Shown here one piece after another: positions 45,607 through 53,642 of a stretch of 64,000 bases of DNA. The stretch spans positions 5,056,001 through 5,120,000 of the forward strand of contig CBDFLE010000006.1 in the NCBI GenBank assembly GCA_965248925.1, in the 5' to 3' direction. Every line of letters begins with the position of its first letter. Position 1 is the stretch's first letter. The position numbers and the translations under genes were made by a program. Under the pieces are notes generated by a model that saw only the letters and a program-made list of their open reading frames with translations, made no database searches and had not been told where the DNA came from. This DNA is from Candidatus Multivoradales bacterium (GTDB lineage: Bacteria > Acidobacteriota > Thermoanaerobaculia > Multivoradales > J023).

Positions 45607-46911
45607 GTGACGTCTTTGGCCCGGTCTGTGCCCCAGTCCAATCCGATCTCCGAGTCTGCCGCAGAATCGCCCTATCGGCACGAGGCTCCCCGGCGTTCGT
45701 TTCTGCGCGAGCAGGCTACCTTGGCGCGTTTGGCTTGGCGGACTCTCACCGAGATCTCCCCCCGAGCACTGCTCAAGATGCTCTACCTCTATGCCGGCAA
45801 AGGGGCGGCGGCGGTGTGGGCTTACAAACGGCGATTGGCCAAGGGCGAGCTGTACCCGCCTTTCTTGTTCATCGCCGTCACCAACACCTGCAATCTGCGC
45901 TGCCACGGCTGCTGGGTCGAGAAGGAAGGGCAAGCTCATTTCCTCACCGACCAAGATCTCGACCGGATGATCGTCAGCGGCAAGCGGCAGAAGTCCTACT
46001 TCTACACCCTGCTCGGTGGTGAGCCCTACCTGTTCAAGGGCATTTGGGAAGTCTTTGAGCGGCATTCGGATTGCTATTTCCAGACCATCACCAACGGCAT
46101 GTTGTTCACCGACGAGAATGTCGCCAGGCTGCGGCGCACTGGCAACGTGACGCCGCTGATCAGCCTCGACGGGTTCGAGTCGCAGAATGATTTGCGTCGT
46201 GGTGAAGGAGTGTGGGACGCGGCCCTCGCCGGCATGGAGCGGTTGCGGAAAGCGAAGCTCTTTTACGGCGTGGCGACCACCGCGACGGCGCTGAACATGG
46301 AAGAGGTCATGTCGGACGACTACGTGAACTTCTTTATTGAACGCGGCGCCATGTATCTCTGGTATTACGTCTACCGGCCGATGAGTCCCGAGCCGCACAC
46401 CGAGTACTGCGTCAGCGAAGAGCAGTTGCTGTGGATGCGGCGTCGCCTGCTGGAATTGCGCCGCCGTCACCCGATTCTGATTATCGACACCTACTGGACC
46501 GCTGATGGCGAGGCGTTTTGCCCGGCGGCCACCGGCCTAGGCTTTCACATCGGGCCGCAGGGATCGGTGGAGATCTGCCCGGCCCTGTCTTTCGCCACCG
46601 CCACCGTGCGTGGTGAGCGGGAAGACCTTTATGACACCTTCAACGGCAGCGATTTCTTGCGCGGTTTTCAGGGCTTCGTCAAAGAGCGCACCAAGGGCTG
46701 CGTGATTCTCGAGCATCCGCAAGAGCTGCGCGACTACATCGAAGACGCTGGCGCTCGGGACTACAGTGGGCGCGGCACCGCTTTCTCCGAACTCGGCGCG
46801 CTGTCGCCGCGGCATAGCCACCACCTGCCGGGGCGTGAGATACCCGAGGATTTCTGGTTTTATCGGTTGCTCAAGAAGAACGTATTCTTCGGCATGGGCG
46901 CCAACGGGTGA
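45607..46911 (+). CDS. Radical SAM protein with C-terminal Cys-containing extension
   Basis: CNLRCHGC, LGGEP, TNG, ISLDG; later FCPAA, EICP, GCVILE; AGGAG RBS. Confidence 0.92.
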   Translation: MTSLARSVPQSNPISESAAESPYRHEAPRRSFLREQATLARLAWRTLTEISPRALLKMLYLYAGKGAAAVWAYKRRLAKGELYPPFLFIAVTNTCNLRCHGCWVEKEGQAHFLTDQDLDRMIVSGKRQKSYFYTLLGGEPYLFKGIWEVFERHSDCYFQTITNGMLFTDENVARLRRTGNVTPLISLDGFESQNDLRRGEGVWDAALAGMERLRKAKLFYGVATTATALNMEEVMSDDYVNFFIERGAMYLWYYVYRPMSPEPHTEYCVSEEQLLWMRRRLLELRRRHPILIIDTYWTADGEAFCPAATGLGFHIGPQGSVEICPALSFATATVRGEREDLYDTFNGSDFLRGFQGFVKERTKGCVILEHPQELRDYIEDAGARDYSGRGTAFSELGALSPRHSHHLPGREIPEDFWFYRLLKKNVFFGMGANG

Positions 46912-48119
46912 GGGGTGATTCCGAGCCGGTGATCTACCTCGATCACCACGCCACGACCCCCTGTGATCCGCGGGTTCTTGAGGCCATGTTGCCGTATTTC
47001 ACGGAGAACTTTGGCAATCCATCGAGCACCCAGCATGCCTATGGTCGTCGTGCGGAGGCGGTGGTGGCGGCGGCGCGAGCCGAAGTAGCGGCGCTGATCG
47101 GTGCCAGAGCGAGCGAGATCGTCTTCACCTCGGGAGCCACCGAGGCCGACAATCTGGCTCTCTTCGGGGTGGTCGCGGCAAGCCGCTCGCGGGGACGCCA
47201 TGTCATCACCCAAGTGACCGAGCATCGGGCGGTGCTCGACGCCTGTGGCGAGCTCGAGCGCCAGGGCTGCGAAGTGACCTATCTGGTGGTGGAGTCTGAC
47301 GGTCGGGTAGATCCAGATCGAGTCGCGGCGGCTTTGCGATCCGACACAGTTCTGGTGTCGATCATGCTGGCCAACAACGAGATTGGAACGCTACAGCCGA
47401 TCGCTGAGATCGCCGCCCGCTGTCGCCGCCAGGGCGTACCGCTGCACACCGATGCGGCCCAAGCCCTGGCGCTAGTCGATTGCCACCTAGAGAGCCTAGG
47501 GGTGGATCTGATGTCCTTTTCGGCCCACAAGGCTTATGGCCCCAAGGGTATCGGCGCTCTCTATGTGCGCCGTCGCCAACCGCGAGTGCGGCTGCTGGCG
47601 CGGCAATTCGGCGGCGGCCATGAGCGAGGCCGTCGCTCTGGAACTCTCGACGTACCTTCCATCGTTGGTCTGGCCACTGCTAGTTCTCTGGTGACCGCGG
47701 AGCGTGACAGCGATGCCCGACGCCTGGCCGGCTTGCGGCAGCGCTTACTTTCGGGGTTGCGTCGAGCGCTTCCGGGAGTTGAGGTCAACGGTTCGCTCGA
47801 GCATCGATTGGCCAATAATCTCAATGTCAGTTTACCCGGGATTCATGCCGATCTCGTGCTGCAGGAAGTCTCGGGGGTGGCGTTTTCGAGTGGCGCCGCG
47901 TGTACCTCGCCAGCAGGTTCAAGTTCTCATGTGTTGGCGGCTCTGCCGGAGGGGCGCCAGCGGGCGGATAGGGCGCTGCGGTTCGGCTTGGGTCGTGGCA
48001 CCACCGCTGGCCAGATCGATGCTGCGGTGGCTGAGATAGCCAGGGCTGCCAGCGCGGTGGGGAGCCGGCCACTGGCAGCGGAAGAATCCTGTGCGGTAGC
48101 CGTCTGTGAGGTGCTGTAG
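46908..48119 (+). CDS. iscS: Cysteine desulfurase (IscS/NifS group I)
   Basis: IYLDHHATTP, FGNPSS, FTSGATE, NNEIG, HTDAAQ, SAHK (PLP lysine), SSGAACTS. Confidence 0.92.
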   Translation: MRGDSEPVIYLDHHATTPCDPRVLEAMLPYFTENFGNPSSTQHAYGRRAEAVVAAARAEVAALIGARASEIVFTSGATEADNLALFGVVAASRSRGRHVITQVTEHRAVLDACGELERQGCEVTYLVVESDGRVDPDRVAAALRSDTVLVSIMLANNEIGTLQPIAEIAARCRRQGVPLHTDAAQALALVDCHLESLGVDLMSFSAHKAYGPKGIGALYVRRRQPRVRLLARQFGGGHERGRRSGTLDVPSIVGLATASSLVTAERDSDARRLAGLRQRLLSGLRRALPGVEVNGSLEHRLANNLNVSLPGIHADLVLQEVSGVAFSSGAACTSPAGSSSHVLAALPEGRQRADRALRFGLGRGTTAGQIDAAVAEIARAASAVGSRPLAAEESCAVAVCEVL

Positions 48120-48131
48120 TTGAGAGACACG

Positions 48132-48650
48132 GTGAAGTTCAACAGCTTAGTGCCGTCGGAAGACCTGCCGCCGAAAAACCTACGACCGCGAGACTTCGTT
48201 CGCTTTCGCCGGCACCGGTTTGTCGCCAAATTCCCCCGCTCCTACCGCTACAGCCCGGCCCACTTCTGGCTCTGCGAAGACGAGGGCGTGCAACACATCG
48301 GCCTCACCCATTTCGCCACCCGGATGCTGGGGGAGATTGTTGAATTCGACTTCGAAACCAAACCCGGCAATGCAGTCGAGGATGGGCAGGTGATTGGCTG
48401 GATCGAAGGCATGAAAGCGGTGACCGATCTTTTCTGTGTGGCGCGCGGCAGCTTCGCCGGGGTCAACTCGACCGCCCTCGACGACCCCGAGTTGGTGTGC
48501 AAAGACCCCTATGGATATGGCTGGCTTTACGCCGTTCACGGCCAGCCCGGCACCGGCACTCTGGATCTCGACCAATACCTCGAAATGCTCGGCGAGACGA
48601 TCGACGCGATGGAGGAGCAGCCTTGGAAAACACCGCAGATGGCGACTTGA
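48132..48650 (+). CDS. Glycine-cleavage H-protein-like lipoyl carrier
   Basis: Y...H.W, IGLT.FA...LG.I, IEGMKAV (lipoyl-Lys position), N, DPYG.GWL; start 48132 (GTG) or 48120. Confidence 0.85.
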   Translation: MKFNSLVPSEDLPPKNLRPRDFVRFRRHRFVAKFPRSYRYSPAHFWLCEDEGVQHIGLTHFATRMLGEIVEFDFETKPGNAVEDGQVIGWIEGMKAVTDLFCVARGSFAGVNSTALDDPELVCKDPYGYGWLYAVHGQPGTGTLDLDQYLEMLGETIDAMEEQPWKTPQMAT

Positions 48651-49840
48651 GTCGCAGCCTGAAGAGCGCCGCCAACCTCACCGCCAACCGCGCTGCTAAG
48701 GCACCGCGGGCGCGCTACATGATGATCGGTGGCTTTCTCGGCGCCGGTAAGTCCACCGCTGTTGGTCAGCTGGCCCGGAGGTTCACCGAGCGGGGGATTC
48801 GGGTCGGTCTGATCACCAACGATCAAGGCCGTGGCCTGGTGGATAGCCGCAGCCTCAGACACCAAGGCTTCGCCGTGGAAGAGATCGCTGGCGGTTGTTT
48901 CTGCTGCCGTTTCGATTCGTTGAAGGGCGCCGCCGACCGCTTGACCAAGCAGCAGCGTCCTGAGGTCTTCATTGCCGAGCCGGTCGGTAGCTGTACCGAT
49001 CTGGTGGCGACGGTCAGCTATCCGCTGCGCCGCCTTTATGGCGACCGCTTCGCTATTGCCCCTCTTTCCGTGTTGGTCGATCCGCTGCGGGCGGCGCGGG
49101 TACTGGGGATCGAAGAAGGGCGGAAATTCTCCGCCAAAGTGCGTTACGTCTATCTCAAGCAGCTCGAAGAAGCGCATGTGCTGGTGATCAACAAGATCGA
49201 CTTATTGGACGATCTCAAGCGCCGGGCTTTACGCCGCGAACTTGCCGAGCGCTTTCCCACCGCACGGATCTTCGAAGTCTCGGCCCGCCAGGGAGCGGGT
49301 CTCGAAAAGTGGTTCGAGTATCTAGAGCAGAACTCCATCCCCAGTTCGCCGACCCTGGAGATCGATTATCAGCGCTATGGCGAGGGCGAAGCTCTGCTCG
49401 GCTGGCTCAACGGCACCCTCAGGCTGCGGGCTGATCAAGAACTCGACGGCAATGCCTGGACCGTGGCCTTCGCCCGTCGCTTGCAGCAGCGGCTGCTGGC
49501 CGAAGAGGTTGAAGTTGCCCACTTGAAGATGACCCTATCGCCGCTGGCCGAGGCCGGCAGTAGGGATGCCAACAGTGAAGACGAGGAAGTGCTGCCCGGC
49601 GATTTGGCCCTGGTCAACCTGGTTAACAACGACTTCGTTCCCGAAATCTCAGAGCGGTTGGCCGCGCCGTTGCGCCATGGGCAGTTAGTGGTCAATCTGC
49701 GTGCCGAGGCCGCGCCGGCAATCCTCCTGCGGGCTTTCGAAGCGGTGATCGATGGGCGCCCAGAGTTGCGCTTGGAACATGTCGAATGCTTCGAACCGGG
49801 ACAGCCGCGACCCACTCACCGGATGACTTTTGGGAGCTGA
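48623..49840 (+). CDS. CobW/P47K (COG0523) family metallochaperone GTPase
   Basis: GGFLGAGKS, ITND, GGCFCC, EPVG, INKID; start uncertain (TTG 48623 after GGAGGAG, or TTG 48647). Confidence 0.88.
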   Translation: MENTADGDLSRSLKSAANLTANRAAKAPRARYMMIGGFLGAGKSTAVGQLARRFTERGIRVGLITNDQGRGLVDSRSLRHQGFAVEEIAGGCFCCRFDSLKGAADRLTKQQRPEVFIAEPVGSCTDLVATVSYPLRRLYGDRFAIAPLSVLVDPLRAARVLGIEEGRKFSAKVRYVYLKQLEEAHVLVINKIDLLDDLKRRALRRELAERFPTARIFEVSARQGAGLEKWFEYLEQNSIPSSPTLEIDYQRYGEGEALLGWLNGTLRLRADQELDGNAWTVAFARRLQQRLLAEEVEVAHLKMTLSPLAEAGSRDANSEDEEVLPGDLALVNLVNNDFVPEISERLAAPLRHGQLVVNLRAEAAPAILLRAFEAVIDGRPELRLEHVECFEPGQPRPTHRMTFGS

Positions 49841-49845
49841 CCAGA

Positions 49846-50226
49846 ATGGAAACCACGGCAGCCAACTCAGCTGAACGGCGCATTCTTTACTGCCACTGCG
49901 CCTTCTCGCGGGTGGTGAAGGAGGAGGTGAAATCGGCGGTATTCGCTGGCCTGGCCAGCTCGGGCCAAGCCTTCGACGCCGTGCCCGATCTCTGCGAATT
50001 GGCCGCCAGGCAAGATCCGGCGCTACATCGACTGGCCGCCGGCCGCCGGCCGGTCGAAATCGTCGCCTGCTACCCGCGAGCGGTGCGTTGGCTGTTTCAT
50101 GCCGCGGAGGCTGATCTACCCGAGGACAATGTGCGGATTCACAACATGCGGGCCGAGGAGTCGACCACTATTCTCGAGCGCTTGCTCAAAGAAGACAGCC
50201 TCGCCGACCCGGAGACTAGAGGTTGA
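49846..50226 (+). CDS. Small Cys-motif protein, possibly Fe-S or metal binding
   Basis: ILYCHC...DLC...VACYPR pattern, reminiscent of HdrA N-terminal-like modules; GGGAG RBS. Confidence 0.7.
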   Translation: METTAANSAERRILYCHCAFSRVVKEEVKSAVFAGLASSGQAFDAVPDLCELAARQDPALHRLAAGRRPVEIVACYPRAVRWLFHAAEADLPEDNVRIHNMRAEESTTILERLLKEDSLADPETRG

Positions 50227-51044
50227 ACCCCTTACAACAAGACCGGCTGCGGGTGGTGATCGACCGCGGCGAGAGGCCAGCGGTAGCGCCACAAGTTGCG
50301 CTCTTGGAAAAGCTCCTGAGCAGCGGCGTGGCACTGACGGCGAGTGGCGAAGGTGCGGTGGCGCCGCTCGACGACGCCGAGCTGCTGGTGCTTGAGACCA
50401 CCACGAAAGCCAACGTTGAGACGGCGAAATCGACCGCCGAAGAAGGGGTCCAGCTGACCAAGATGGCGGTGGGTGGCCTCGACCCTGCCGAGGTTTTGAG
50501 TCGGGTCGAGGCCAAGGGCCAGGGCAAGCCGGCCGGTGGCTGGACGCCGTGGTTTCCAGTGATCGACTACGATCGCTGTACTAACTGCATGCAATGCCTC
50601 AGCTTCTGCCTTTTCGGGGTCTACGATGTCGACGCTGAAAAGCAGATCGACGTCAAGCATCCCGAACGTTGCAAGACCCTCTGCCCGGCCTGCTCGCGGG
50701 TCTGTCCGGAAGTGGCGATCCTCTTTCCCAAATACAAAGCTGGTCCGATCAATGGCGATGTGGTGAAAGACGCCGATCTGGCGCGGGAGAAGATGAAGAC
50801 CGATATCTCCTCCCTGCTCGGAGGCGATATCTACTCCTTGCTACGCCAGCGAACCGAGAAGGCGGCTTCCAGATTTTCCAAGGAACGCGACGAAGATCGA
50901 GCACTCAAAGAACGCCAGCGTTGTCTGGCCAAGCTCAAGAAAGATCTCGACATTCCCGACGAGGTCCTATCCCAACTACCGACCGCCGAAGCCATCCGGG
51001 CGCGCGCCAGCGAACTTCTGGCGGCGCGCACCAAGGGAGAATGA
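50223..51044 (+). CDS. 2x[4Fe-4S] ferredoxin-domain protein
   Basis: CTNCMQCLSFC and CKTLCPACSRVCP; 4-bp overlaps at both ends. Confidence 0.88.
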   Translation: MNPLQQDRLRVVIDRGERPAVAPQVALLEKLLSSGVALTASGEGAVAPLDDAELLVLETTTKANVETAKSTAEEGVQLTKMAVGGLDPAEVLSRVEAKGQGKPAGGWTPWFPVIDYDRCTNCMQCLSFCLFGVYDVDAEKQIDVKHPERCKTLCPACSRVCPEVAILFPKYKAGPINGDVVKDADLAREKMKTDISSLLGGDIYSLLRQRTEKAASRFSKERDEDRALKERQRCLAKLKKDLDIPDEVLSQLPTAEAIRARASELLAARTKGE

Positions 51045-52762
51045 TCATGCCACTGCCGGTGATGAGTCTGCCAAAGGTCATGATGCCGCGCCTCGAAAGG
51101 CCGGTGCAAGCCAATATTCCGCCGACCCGAGAGCAACGCGACGAGCTGCTGGCCCGGATCCGCGAATTCACTGCGACGACGGATCTGGTGCCGCCATTGC
51201 CTCTCGCTGACTTGCAGGTCGAGGCGGAGAAGATCTGTCGACGGCATGGATTTGATCCTGCCTTCAGCGAATTCGCCGCTCTGTTGATTAGCAACGAGTT
51301 GTGGCGTGAGTCGTTGGCCTCAGTGCCTTTCGAGCGCCGCCTGTTGCTGTTGCCCAAATGCATGCGGGTCGAAGAGCACTGCCCAGCTCCCTTCGATGAG
51401 TTGGGTCTGCTATGCAAGAAGTGTGGCCTGTGTTCGATCGAGGATCTGCAAGAAGAAGCCGAGCGCATGGGATATGCCGTCTTGGTGGCGGAGGGCTCGC
51501 CGATCGTCATGGCGATAATCGAGACCGGCCAGATCGAGGCCATCGTCGGGGTCAGTTGTCTCAACGTGCTGGAGCGGGTATACGGCTATATGGAGGCCGC
51601 GGCCATTCCCGGCATCGCCCTACCGCTGTTGCAAGATGATTGTCTGGACACCAACGTCGATCTCGATTGGGTGTGGGATTCAGTCCATCTGACCAGCGAC
51701 GACAAGACCCGGCGTTTGGATCTTGGCGGGTTGCGTGACCAGGTCGCCACCTGGTTCGGGGCGCTGGCCCTGCAGGAGATCCTGGGCGAAGCAGAGACCG
51801 AGACTGAAAAGATTGGCCAAGAGTGGTTGGCCCAAGGAGGCAAGCGCTGGCGCCCCTTCCTGACCGTCGCTCTGCATCAAGCCTTGCAAGAAGAACCCGG
51901 TGCCGAGATCTCCAAGGTCATCCGGCAAGTCGCCTTGGCGGTGGAGTGCTTCCACAAGGCTTCGCTGATTCACGATGACATCGAAGACGGTGATGATCTG
52001 CGCGATGGCCGCGAGACTTTGCACAGCCGGCTGGGGGTGCCCCTAGCGCTCAATGTCGGCGACTATCTGGTCGGCGAAGGCTACCGCCTGCTAGCCACCG
52101 TCGAAGCCCCCGCCGAAAGCATCGCGGAGATGCTGCGCTTGGCGGCGGAGGGGCATCGCACTTTGTGTCTGGGCCAGGGCGATGATCTGGCGTGGTCGCA
52201 AGAGCCCAAGATCCTGAAGCCGATCGAGGTGGTGAAGATCTTCAAGAACAAGACCGCGCCAGCTTTCGAAATTGCCTTGCGACTGGGTGCGGCCTGCGCC
52301 AGCGCCAGTGCCGAGTTGCACGACACCCTGAGCGCCTTCAGCGACGCCTTGGGAGTGGCCTATCAAATTCGTGACGATCTCGGCGAGTTGCGTGAAGCCG
52401 CTACCGCCGGAGAGGCGCCAGAACGCCGGCCGACCTTGGTCTGGGCGTTGGCCTATGCCGCGGCCAAGAAAGCGCGGCGAGCCGAGGTCAAGGCAGCGTG
52501 GATCGACGGTCAAGGAGCGCCGGCCGAGCTGCACGCCCTGTTGACCGATCTCGGTGCGGACACGAGAGCCGAGGAATTCCTCAACGCCTATCGAGACGAA
52601 GCGATCCGCTCTCTGCGGTTGTTGCAGGACGCCAATGTCAAGGGTCTCCTGCGGCGGGTGCTGGGCAAGATTTTCGACGAGCTCAAGATCGAGGGGTGGT
52701 GTAGTGAGTTTGAGACTGGAGATGTTGCAAGTCGCCAGGCTGGCGCCGCGGTTGCTGGGTGA
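51041..52762 (+). CDS. DUF116 plus polyprenyl diphosphate synthase fusion
   Basis: RRLLLLPKC, CKKCGLC, GVSC, PL...C (DUF116-like); GGKRWRP, HDDIED, GQ, KTA, YQIRDD. Confidence 0.88.
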   Translation: MIMPLPVMSLPKVMMPRLERPVQANIPPTREQRDELLARIREFTATTDLVPPLPLADLQVEAEKICRRHGFDPAFSEFAALLISNELWRESLASVPFERRLLLLPKCMRVEEHCPAPFDELGLLCKKCGLCSIEDLQEEAERMGYAVLVAEGSPIVMAIIETGQIEAIVGVSCLNVLERVYGYMEAAAIPGIALPLLQDDCLDTNVDLDWVWDSVHLTSDDKTRRLDLGGLRDQVATWFGALALQEILGEAETETEKIGQEWLAQGGKRWRPFLTVALHQALQEEPGAEISKVIRQVALAVECFHKASLIHDDIEDGDDLRDGRETLHSRLGVPLALNVGDYLVGEGYRLLATVEAPAESIAEMLRLAAEGHRTLCLGQGDDLAWSQEPKILKPIEVVKIFKNKTAPAFEIALRLGAACASASAELHDTLSAFSDALGVAYQIRDDLGELREAATAGEAPERRPTLVWALAYAAAKKARRAEVKAAWIDGQGAPAELHALLTDLGADTRAEEFLNAYRDEAIRSLRLLQDANVKGLLRRVLGKIFDELKIEGWCSEFETGDVASRQAGAAVAG

Positions 52763-53642
52763 TTCCACCGAGCTGATCCGCGATTTCACCTTGGCGGCGC
52801 AGGCGCCGGACGGGGGATTCCGCGACCGCGGCGGCGACAGCGACCTCTATTACACGGTTTTCGGCCTCGACGTGTTGGCGATTCTCGAGGGTCTCGGTGC
52901 TAGCGGTAGTGAAGGAACTCAGACAGATGCTGAGGTCTGGCGCCGTGCCGGAGGTTTCTTGGCTAGCCTGGGTCACCAAGATCTCGATCTAGTGCATCTG
53001 ACCTGCCTGGCGCGATCCGCGGCAGCCGTTGCCGCGGGAACCAAGACCGCGGAGCTGCCCATCGATCATCAAGTCCTGGTCGATCGTCTTCTAGATCTTC
53101 GCCGTCAAGACGGAGGCTGGGCGATGACCTCGGGGGATTCCTCCAGCACCACCTATGGCACATTCCTGGCCATCGGCGCCCATCAAGACCTAGGGCTGCC
53201 CTTTGCCGCCCCCTCCTCGGCAGCGGCTTTCCTGGCGGCGGCGGTCGGCGAAGACGGCGGCTACGGCTCTGCCCCTTCGATGCCGGTGGCGACCACGCCG
53301 ACCACCGCGGCGGCGGTGGTGGCGCTGCGTCAGCTAGGTGCCGAAGCTCACCCCCAGACCGCCCGCTGGTTGCGCCGTCAGTTGCATCCTCAGGGAGGAT
53401 TTGTGGCGGCGGCTGGAGCTCCGATGCCCGACTTGCTGTCCACCGCGGTGGCCCTGCATGCGTTGTCCGTCTTGCAGGAGCCATGTGCCGATCTGGTCGA
53501 TTCGCTGCTCGATTTTGTCGATAGCCTGTGGACCTCGCGCGGTGCCTTCTTCGGCCATTGGGCGGACGATGCAGCAGATTGCGAGTACGCCTACTACGGC
53601 TTGTTGGCCCTGGGACATCTGGCGGTTTGGAGCGACGGATGA
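52704..53642 (+). CDS. Prenyltransferase/squalene-oxidase-repeat protein (single alpha-barrel, prenyltransferase beta-like)
   Basis: Repeats QAPDGGF, RQDGGW, EDGGYG, QLHPQGGF with DLYYT, DLLST and DCEYAYY; GTG at 52704 after GAGGGG. Confidence 0.82.
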   Translation: MSLRLEMLQVARLAPRLLGDSTELIRDFTLAAQAPDGGFRDRGGDSDLYYTVFGLDVLAILEGLGASGSEGTQTDAEVWRRAGGFLASLGHQDLDLVHLTCLARSAAAVAAGTKTAELPIDHQVLVDRLLDLRRQDGGWAMTSGDSSSTTYGTFLAIGAHQDLGLPFAAPSSAAAFLAAAVGEDGGYGSAPSMPVATTPTTAAAVVALRQLGAEAHPQTARWLRRQLHPQGGFVAAAGAPMPDLLSTAVALHALSVLQEPCADLVDSLLDFVDSLWTSRGAFFGHWADDAADCEYAYYGLLALGHLAVWSDG

